DNA of 64,000 nucleotides from Candidatus Methanosuratincola verstraetei. GTDB lineage: Archaea; Thermoproteota; Methanomethylicia; Methanomethylicales; Methanomethylicaceae. This document shows, one piece after another, positions 57,397 through 64,000 of this stretch. The notes under the pieces were generated by a model that was given only the letters and a program-made list of their open reading frames with translations, was not told where the DNA came from and did no database searches. The DNA is taken from NCBI GenBank assembly GCA_049570475.1, contig CP186953.1, forward strand, positions 160,001 to 224,000, read 5' to 3'. Within the stretch, counting starts at the first letter, position 1. Each line of letters starts with the position of its first letter. The position numbers and the translations under genes were made by a program.

Positions 57397-58506
57397 ATGA
57401 ACTCAAGAGAAAGGGTTTTGAATGTGCTTTCCGACCAGCCTGCCGACAAAATTCCAGTTACTTGCTTCACCCAGGTTGGAATTGTCGAGGCCATGCAGAA
57501 AGTCGGGGCGCCTTGGCCTGAGGCACACAGCGATCCGAAAAAGATGGCAGTGCTTGGGGCTTCGCTCAACAGGCTAGTCGGGCTTGAGGCGGTGAGAATA
57601 CCATTCTGCCTTACGGTTGAGGCAGAGGCAATCGGGTGTAAGGTCGACATGGGGACCATCAACAGGCAGCCATCAATCAGGGCGCCTGCATTCGAATCGC
57701 CATCGCTAGCCGAGATCGACATGGGATTCTTGGACAAGGGAAGGATACCTGTTGTGCTCGAAGCCATCAGGATCCTTAAGAAGGAAAACATAGATGCCCC
57801 GCTAATTGTAGGCATCACTGGCCCCTTTACGCTCAGCGGGCACTTGGTTGAAACAGAGAAGCTCGTCAAGATGATGAGGACCAAGCCAACAGAGGTCGAA
57901 AACCTCCTTGACAAGGTAACGGACGCAAGCATAGCCTATGTCGAGAAGATCGCAGAGGCAGGGGCAGACGTAATAACCGTCAACGAGCCTTCGGCTGCGC
58001 CAGAGCTCATCGATCCGCTCTCGTTCAGGTCCACAATAAAATCAAGGCTCCAGTACCTTGCAAGGAACATCAAGACAAAGAAGGTACTGCACATCTGCGG
58101 CGCTTCCCTCCCAATAGTTGGCGATATGGCCGAGTGCGGTTTTGACGCCATCAGCATCGAGGACAAAGTTGACATCGCGAAGGCAAGGGAGGTGATAAAA
58201 GGAGGCGCGGGCGCAAAACCTGCAGGAGGCTTCAGAACGGGAGGAGGGTTCGGAGGAGGGTTCGGAGGAGGGTTCGGAGGACCTAGACTGGGGGCAAGCG
58301 AGCCTGCCAAAGCAGTAAAGATCGCTGGCAACGTTTCGACCGCGAAGACGCTTTTCACAGGCAAGCCAGAGGAGGTCAAGGCAGAGGCTTTAAATGCGCT
58401 TAGGGCAGGGACTGACTTGCTGGCGCCCGCCTGCGGTATAGCGCCTGGCAGCCCGCTAGCAAACATCAAGGCAATGATCGAGGCAAGGGACGAATACCAA
58501 AAGTGA
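57397..58506 (+). CDS. mtaA: Methylcobamide:CoM methyltransferase
   Basis: WPEAH, PFCLTVEAEAIG, GPFTL, LHICG, GNVS, LAPACG; next to mtaBC and ramA. Confidence 0.9.
   Translation: MNSRERVLNVLSDQPADKIPVTCFTQVGIVEAMQKVGAPWPEAHSDPKKMAVLGASLNRLVGLEAVRIPFCLTVEAEAIGCKVDMGTINRQPSIRAPAFESPSLAEIDMGFLDKGRIPVVLEAIRILKKENIDAPLIVGITGPFTLSGHLVETEKLVKMMRTKPTEVENLLDKVTDASIAYVEKIAEAGADVITVNEPSAAPELIDPLSFRSTIKSRLQYLARNIKTKKVLHICGASLPIVGDMAECGFDAISIEDKVDIAKAREVIKGGAGAKPAGGFRTGGGFGGGFGGGFGGPRLGASEPAKAVKIAGNVSTAKTLFTGKPEEVKAEALNALRAGTDLLAPACGIAPGSPLANIKAMIEARDEYQK
58240..58281 (+). repeat. In-frame 12-bp tandem repeat (GGAGGAGGGTTC) x3.5 encoding GGGF units in mtaA
   Basis: Exact copies at 58240, 58252 and 58264, plus a half copy. 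Confidence 0.9.
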
Positions 58507-58541
58507 AACGCTCCACAGCCAAGAACTCGGATGTCACAACG

Positions 58542-58595
58542 CGGGCTGTACGGGGGCCTAAACCTGGCCCCGTCCAAGGCAGCATGCCCGTTTTT
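58542..58595 (+). terminator. GC-rich stem-loop followed by a T-run after mtaA
   Basis: Outer CGGGC/GCCCG, inner ACGGGGGCC/GGCCCCGT, then TTTTT. Confidence 0.45.
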
Positions 58596-58676
58596 ATAAT
58601 TTTTTGTATTTTGCACTTTGCGCATATTTTCCAAATTCAAGATCGTCATAACCTCGTTAAGCTTTTTTTAACAATT

Positions 58677-58694
58677 TGTACACTTTAAGTTACA
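58677..58694. promoter_or_regulatory. TGTA-N4-AAAGTGTACA box, copy 3 (reverse orientation), upstream of the channel gene
   Basis: Reverse complement is TGTAACTTAAAGTGTACA; lies within the dyad TTTGTA-N10-TACAAA. Confidence 0.55.
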
Positions 58695-58756
58695 AAGTAC
58701 ATTATTGTAAAAACAAGTCTTAAATAATTTAATCAATTATTGATCTTGGGGATAAT

Positions 58757-59317
58757 ATGTCTTTTGTGATATATGCTGCTTTAGGGCTCCTAGGGCTATG
58801 CACAGGGCTTGCAATTCTCATCTTCTGCAACTTCAACATAATAAAAACAAAGGAAGGATACCTACTTGGCAATGGGCAGGCGGCATGGTTCATTTGGGTT
58901 TCGGGAGTGGCAGAGCTAATCGCTAGCGGATATTTTGCGATGCATCTTGACTTCCTGGACGCTGCGACATTCGGAGGATACGGGCTATTCTGGATGGCGC
59001 TAGGCACAATGGTCTACTGGGGAGGGGACGGGAGAGTTCTCGGTCCCATGGCGATTGCCTACGCGATATTCTCGCTGCCGCTAATGTTCGCTTATGCAAC
59101 TGTCAGTTCCACGCTCTTCATTGTTATACTAATGCTGTTCCTGATTTTCCTTGCACTGATCCCGGCCGCGTGGGAGAAAGCCAATGCGAAAGTGCTTGGC
59201 ACGCTCCAGCTGATATGCCTGATATTTGCAGCGCTCTCGATATTAGGGCTAGTCTTCGCAGCGATTCCTGCGCTCTCAGGGTATTCATCCTGGTTCCTGT
59301 GGCCAAAACTGATCTAA
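58757..59317 (+). CDS. Small multi-TM channel-like protein, divergent SatP/YaaH or AmiS/UreI type
   Basis: About six TM helices; ALGLLGL, GVAELIASG, ATFGGYGLFW parallel the SatP motifs. Confidence 0.62.
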   Translation: MSFVIYAALGLLGLCTGLAILIFCNFNIIKTKEGYLLGNGQAAWFIWVSGVAELIASGYFAMHLDFLDAATFGGYGLFWMALGTMVYWGGDGRVLGPMAIAYAIFSLPLMFAYATVSSTLFIVILMLFLIFLALIPAAWEKANAKVLGTLQLICLIFAALSILGLVFAAIPALSGYSSWFLWPKLI

Positions 59318-59393
59318 AAACAATTTTCCTTCCTTTTTTTATGTTTGGAAAACAATCCATTTTATTAACCTCAGCCCATATCCATACTGGGAT

Positions 59394-60752
59394 TTGGAGA
59401 TGCCGATCTGCCCAATTGACACAGGAAGGTACGGAAGCAAGGAAATGAAGGCACTTTTTGATGAAGGCTCAAGGCTCCAGAGATATCTCGACATCGAGGC
59501 CGCACTCGCACTCGCCCTGGCCGATCTGGGAGAGATCCCATCGGAAAGCGCTGAGAGGATAAGCAAGCTTGCAAACGTGAGCGTGGTCACCCCAGAGAAG
59601 GTGAAGGCGAGGGAGGCGAAGACAAGGCACGACTTGATGGCGATGGTGGAGGTTCTCGCTGAAGAGTGCGGGGAGGATGGGAAGTACGTCCACTGGGGAG
59701 CGACCAGCTACGACATTGTGGACACAAGCTGGGCGCTGATAATGCGCGATGCCACAAGGATATTAAAGACGAAGCTAGGGCGCTTGAGGGACGTGCTCTG
59801 CACCCTCGCTCTAGATCACAAGAACCTTGTGATGGTGGGCAGGACGCACGGGCAGCATGCCGTGCCAGTGACCCTGGGCTTCAAGATGGCAGTGTATGCC
59901 GCGGAGGCGGCGAGGAACCTGCAGCGGCTGAAGGAGTTGGAGAATAGGCTCCTAGTAGGCAAGATGAGCGGGGCTGTCGGCACAATGGCCAGCCAAGGCG
60001 AGAAGGCCTTCGATGTGGAGAGGAGGGTGATGGAAAGGCTTGGATTGGAGCCTGCGGAGATATCCACTCAGGTCGTCTGCAGGGACAGGATAGCAGAATT
60101 TGTTTGCTGGAGTGCAATTACGGCTTCGAGCCTGGACAGGATCGCGACCGAGATCAGGAACCTGCAGAGGACGGAGATACTCGAGGTCGCAGAGGGTTTT
60201 GAAGCAAGCGCCCAAGTAGGAAGCAGCACAATGCCCCACAAGCAGAACCCAGTAGACTGCGAGAAGGTATCAGGGCTTGCTAAGGTCATGAGGGGGCTCG
60301 TGGTGCCAGCGCTCGAGAACATCCCCCTTTGGCACGAAAGGGATCTCACCGATTCGAGCAGCGAACGCTTCATAATCCCCTTATCGTTCATAGTGCTTGA
60401 CGAGATGCTGACCACGATGGAGAGGGTGCTGAAAAGCCTGCGCGTGTTCCCGGAGAACATGAGGAGGAACCTGGGCTTGACTAAAGGCGCAATACTGAGT
60501 GAGGCAGTGATGATGGCGCTCGCGAGGAAGGGCATGGGAAGACAGGCGGCACACGAAGTCCTCAGAAAGGCATCCGTCAGGGCCTTCAACGAGGGCAGAG
60601 GGCTGAAGGACGTGCTGGCTGAGATGAAGGAGGTGACGAGCCTGCTCACAGCAGAAGAGCTCGAAGAAATTCTCAAGCCGGAAAACTACATAGGCAAGGC
60701 CCCTGAGCTAGTTGAAAGGGCAGTCGCCGCTGCGAGAAGCATCGACGTATAA
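59394..60752 (+). CDS. purB: Adenylosuccinate lyase
   Basis: HWGATSYD, GRTHGQHA, GSSTMPHKQNP, WHERDLTDSSSER. Confidence 0.95.
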   Translation: MEMPICPIDTGRYGSKEMKALFDEGSRLQRYLDIEAALALALADLGEIPSESAERISKLANVSVVTPEKVKAREAKTRHDLMAMVEVLAEECGEDGKYVHWGATSYDIVDTSWALIMRDATRILKTKLGRLRDVLCTLALDHKNLVMVGRTHGQHAVPVTLGFKMAVYAAEAARNLQRLKELENRLLVGKMSGAVGTMASQGEKAFDVERRVMERLGLEPAEISTQVVCRDRIAEFVCWSAITASSLDRIATEIRNLQRTEILEVAEGFEASAQVGSSTMPHKQNPVDCEKVSGLAKVMRGLVVPALENIPLWHERDLTDSSSERFIIPLSFIVLDEMLTTMERVLKSLRVFPENMRRNLGLTKGAILSEAVMMALARKGMGRQAAHEVLRKASVRAFNEGRGLKDVLAEMKEVTSLLTAEELEEILKPENYIGKAPELVERAVAAARSIDV

Positions 60753-60890
60753 ATAATTTATTTTTATATATTTTAGTATATACTGATTGTCATATCATAT
60801 ATAATCTATCTATATATCAGATTAAGATCGTGCCTGTTTCAAGGCTGGCGAGAGAAAACTTTATGAACTGAAGTATCAAAGCGATGAGAA

Positions 60891-62087
60891 GTGACGGCGA
60901 TGGAGACAAAAGACAAAGTCCTGCTCGGCGTTTCCTCCAATATCCTTTTACTAGGCGTGGTAAGCTTCTTCACTGACATCAGCACAGAGCTCATAATGTC
61001 AGTGCTACCGACCTTCCTTGTGATATCCCTCGGGGCAACGCCTGAGATCGTTGGGACGATCGAGGGGATCGCAGAGAGCATGATCTCCTTCTTGAAGCTG
61101 GTCTCTGGAGCGATTGCTGACAGAACCGGAAAGAAGAAGAGGCTCACGGTCATCGGGTATGCCCTCTCAAACATCACAAAGCCCATCATGGGCTTCGCAA
61201 CAAGCTGGTGGGATGTCCTCGCCCTCAGGATAGGTGACCGCATTGGGAAAGGGCTGAGGACCGCGCCGAGGGATGCAATGATCGCCGACTCCTCTGACAG
61301 TAGGATCGGCAGATCGTTCGGCATACACAGGACGCTCGATCAGCTCGGGGCTGTAGTAGGACCCGTGCTTGCCTTTCTTCTGCTGATCCCTCTGGGTTAC
61401 GGCGGGATATTCCTTTTCACGGCGATTCCCGGGGCTATAGCGATAGCAATACTTGTAATCTTTGTGAAGGAGCCGCCTTCGAAGACCAAGCCAAACAAGG
61501 CGATACTGAAGAACGCAAGGGCGATAATGAACAGGAGCTTCTCGATGTACATAGTCTCTGCGACATTATACGCGGCCTCAGCAATCAGCTATGCTTTCAT
61601 TCTCTTAAGGGCTATAGAGGTCGGGATACCAGCCGAGATGACTGCCCTGGTCTACGCCCTCATACAGATCTTCCATGTGTTCTCGGGCGTGCCTGCAGGC
61701 GAGATCTCAGACAGGTTCGGGCGGATCAGGGCGGTGCAGGCAGGGTACTTGTTGCTACTTGCTGCATTCGCGACGATCGCATTCTCAACGGAGCCGTGGA
61801 CATTCCTCTTTGGGGTCATTCTATTCGGCATGCACCAGGGGACGGTTGAGACCTCGCAGCGGGCTGTAATACCTAGCCTTACCAAGGAAGAATTCAAGGG
61901 CACAGCCTACGGGGTCTACAACATGGCGGTAGGGGCAGTTGCACTGCCAACCAACATCGCGGCAGGTTTCATATACGCATCCCTAGGCAGCCAGTATGCA
62001 TTCCTGTACGGATCCATACTTGCACTCTTCGCGTCGCTGGCAATGGCTGCAACGCAGATGACGCTGAAGCGGAAAATGGAGAAATAA
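60891..62087 (+). CDS. MFS transporter
   Basis: SFFTDISTE, GAIADRTG, DRIGKGLRTAPRDA, GEISDRFGR. Confidence 0.92.
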   Translation: MTAMETKDKVLLGVSSNILLLGVVSFFTDISTELIMSVLPTFLVISLGATPEIVGTIEGIAESMISFLKLVSGAIADRTGKKKRLTVIGYALSNITKPIMGFATSWWDVLALRIGDRIGKGLRTAPRDAMIADSSDSRIGRSFGIHRTLDQLGAVVGPVLAFLLLIPLGYGGIFLFTAIPGAIAIAILVIFVKEPPSKTKPNKAILKNARAIMNRSFSMYIVSATLYAASAISYAFILLRAIEVGIPAEMTALVYALIQIFHVFSGVPAGEISDRFGRIRAVQAGYLLLLAAFATIAFSTEPWTFLFGVILFGMHQGTVETSQRAVIPSLTKEEFKGTAYGVYNMAVGAVALPTNIAAGFIYASLGSQYAFLYGSILALFASLAMAATQMTLKRKMEK

Positions 62088-62103
62088 GATGGGGCATTGA
62101 AGA

Positions 62104-62586
62104 TCAGTGCTTCAGCCTCATCTTCATCCATCCACGCCCATAGCAGCGGAAGCCGAGTTTCCTGTAAAAATCCTGCCGCTCTCCCCTTGCCCGCAGAGTA
62201 ATCCTTACCTGCGGTTCCTTGAAGCTCAGGTCAGCAATGCCTATCAATTCCTCTATTAGCTTGGATCCGATGCCCATGCCCCTCTCGCTGGGCAGCACTG
62301 CCACCCATTCTATCCTGACTGTTGGAACCTCTGTTTTCAGGCACCGCGCAGCGATCACCCCAACGACTTCCCTCTCTTTCCTGGCGACCAGGCATACCCA
62401 CCCCTTGTCGCACCTTATGATCCTCTTAGCTTCGCAGTACCAGCTCTTGATCTTGTAGTAGGAAGCCTCCCCAGGGAAAGACGCCTTCAGCACAAGGGCT
62501 ATGGAATCGAGATCCCTTGACAGCGCGGGGACTATCCTGATCTCAGGGGCACGTACTTCTTCGGTGCTGTTCTCGGCAAGGTACAT
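62104..62586 (-). CDS. GNAT N-acetyltransferase
   Basis: VAVLPSERGMGIGSKL, FYRKLGF. Confidence 0.85.
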   Translation of the reverse strand: MYLAENSTEEVRAPEIRIVPALSRDLDSIALVLKASFPGEASYYKIKSWYCEAKRIIRCDKGWVCLVARKEREVVGVIAARCLKTEVPTVRIEWVAVLPSERGMGIGSKLIEELIGIADLSFKEPQVRITLRARGERQDFYRKLGFRCYGRGWMKMRLKH

Positions 62587-62607
62587 AGACCATCTACCAT
62601 CATGCGT

Positions 62608-63669
62608 TCAGGAGACGAGTTTTTCCACAACCTCCTCGAACGCCTTATTGTGGTACTCCTCGATCTTGCCCTTGTCGCAGGCGGCTGAGAGGGATGGGTC
62701 AATAGGCAACGAGCCAAGGAATTGTGTGTTTATCTGCTCGGCCATCAATTTGCCCCTGCTATCCCCGAAGAGCCGGATTATCTCGCCGCACTTCGGGCAC
62801 TGGACGTAGCTCATGTTCTCAAGAACCCCCACTATTGGAACTGCAAGCATCTTTGACATCTGGACTGCCTTTGAAACGATTACACCTGCAAGCTCCTGTG
62901 GCGAAGTTACCACCACTATCCCGTCGACAGGGAGGAGCTGCAGCACTGTGAGCTGGGCATCGCTTGTCCCAGGCGGGAGGTCGACAAGCAGATAGTCGAG
63001 CTCGCCCCAGTCGACATCAGTGTAGAACTGCTTGATTGCGGTGCTCACCAGAGGCCCTCTCCAGATCACTGGCGTCTCCTCATTGCCCAGAAGAAGGTTC
63101 ATCGAGATTATCTTGATCCCTTTGCTCGAGGTAGCAGGTATTATCTTCCCCTCGAGGACGAACGGCACCTCGTTGACGCCAAATATCTTGGGTATGCTGG
63201 GGCCTGTGATGTCAGCGTCCAATACGCCAACCTTCAGGCCACGCCGCTGCATGCCCACGGCAATCAAGGAAGTGACTGAAGACTTTCCGACCCCGCCCTT
63301 ACCGGACAGGATTGCCAAGATCCTCTTAATCCCGTGCTTCGGGAGCTTGCCAGGCATCGGGAGAGTCTTCCTCTTCTCCTTCAGCTTCTCGAGCAATGCG
63401 GACTTCTCTTCCTCGTTCATGACGTCAGTCTCGATGGAGACGGACGATACGCCACCAAGTCCCTTGATGACAGATTCAACATCATCCTTTATCCTGTCCA
63501 CTAGAGGGCAGGACTCGGATGTCAGGGCCAGAGTCACCGAGACCTTGTCCCCTTCAACCGCGACGCCCCTAACCATCCCGAGGGTCACTATGTCGATATC
63601 AATCTCAGGATCCACGACTTTACTTAAAGCATCCATGACCGCTTCCTTTGTGACCATCTCAGCCACCAC
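62608..63669 (-). CDS. Mrp/ApbC/NBP35 Fe-S carrier ATPase with N-terminal DUF59 domain
   Basis: VVDPEIDIDIVTLG...CP, SGKGGVGKS, DADITGPS, WRGP, DLPPGTSD, ENMS..CPKC. Confidence 0.93.
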   Translation of the reverse strand: MVAEMVTKEAVMDALSKVVDPEIDIDIVTLGMVRGVAVEGDKVSVTLALTSESCPLVDRIKDDVESVIKGLGGVSSVSIETDVMNEEEKSALLEKLKEKRKTLPMPGKLPKHGIKRILAILSGKGGVGKSSVTSLIAVGMQRRGLKVGVLDADITGPSIPKIFGVNEVPFVLEGKIIPATSSKGIKIISMNLLLGNEETPVIWRGPLVSTAIKQFYTDVDWGELDYLLVDLPPGTSDAQLTVLQLLPVDGIVVVTSPQELAGVIVSKAVQMSKMLAVPIVGVLENMSYVQCPKCGEIIRLFGDSRGKLMAEQINTQFLGSLPIDPSLSAACDKGKIEEYHNKAFEEVVEKLVS

Positions 63670-63719
63670 TACGCTAAAAACTGCCTATGCTTATAAACTT
63701 CACAGAAGGTTTTTTAATA

Positions 63720-63740
63720 TCGGATGGATAATCTATCCAT
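63720..63740. promoter_or_regulatory. Inverted repeat TCGGATGGAT-A-ATCTATCCAT directly before the ECF gene ATG
   Basis: 17/20 arm identity with 50371-50391. Confidence 0.55.
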
Positions 63741-64000
63741 ATGATAAGGAACAACGGCAAGCTCTCAAGGACGCAGAAGATCACATACACAAGCCTTCTG
63801 ATTGCGCTTGCAGCGTCGTTGAGGCTTGTAAAGTACGCCATCTTTGGACCTGTCCAGTTTATCAATTTCCCAGGGATCTTCACCATATTGGGAGGGATAT
63901 TCTTCGGTCCTGTCACAGGAGGGGTGGTCGGAGTAGCCTCTTACCTGATATCAGACATGATAATCGGGTTCCCAGGCCCATGGACAGCAGTAAACTGCCT
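63741..64000 (+). CDS. ECF transporter S-component (CbrT-like), truncated by the window end
   Basis: Not in the ORF track. Manual translation: MIRNNGKLSRTQKITYTSLLIALAASLR...GGIFFGPVTGGVVGVASYLISDMIIGFPGPWT; open to the edge. Confidence 0.7.
   Translation, partial: MIRNNGKLSRTQKITYTSLLIALAASLRLVKYAIFGPVQFINFPGIFTILGGIFFGPVTGGVVGVASYLISDMIIGFPGPWTAVNC

Noticed and set aside
63674-63916. 80-aa minus-strand ORF
   Set aside because: Antisense to the better-supported ECF S-component starting at 63741.
1-64000. CRISPR arrays, IS elements, integrases, tRNA or rRNA genes
   Set aside because: None recognised by eye and intergenic gaps are short; a covariance-model search would be needed to exclude small RNAs.

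Overview
Gene-dense archaeal chromosomal segment from a methyl-reducing methanogen. Gene content and organisation point to Methanomethylicia (Verstraetearchaeota, Thermoproteota); this is an inference, and no rRNA or mcr genes are in the window. Main blocks in order: (1) a truncated Zn-ribbon (TackOD1-like) gene; (2) a five-gene Opp/Dpp/Nik ABC importer with a SAM methyltransferase; (3) a divergent sirC, convergent with an 11-gene operon hemA-hemB-hemL-hemC-cobA-hemD-cfbA-cfbE-cfbD-cfbC-cfbB, together covering glutamyl-tRNA to coenzyme F430; (4) a purine cluster (purF, a degenerate purF paralogue, purD, purT, purE, purS, purL, purQ), with purM and purB elsewhere in the window; (5) pstSCAB-phoU and a divergent AbrB-PhoU regulator; (6) a nine-gene group 4 membrane [NiFe]-hydrogenase operon containing an HdrB-like gene and a cluster-less HdrC-tail-like gene; (7) divergent from it, a methanol cluster (mtaB, mtaC, ramA, mtaA, a degenerate MtaA/UroD paralogue, a CobW-type GTPase, a SatP/UreI-like channel); (8) MFS, GNAT, Mrp/ApbC and a truncated ECF S-component. 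Reading the intergenic DNA gave three recurring operator-like motifs that link distant loci: TGTTTCATAWGAAACA (F430 operon and ABC importer/sirC), an 18-bp TGTA-N4-AAAGTGTACA box (hydrogenase, mtaBC, channel gene) and GGATGGAT-N-ATCYATCC (mtaBC and the ECF gene). A NikR-like box and a phased 19-bp repeat in the pst region were also seen. No CRISPR array, mobile element, tRNA or rRNA was recognised.
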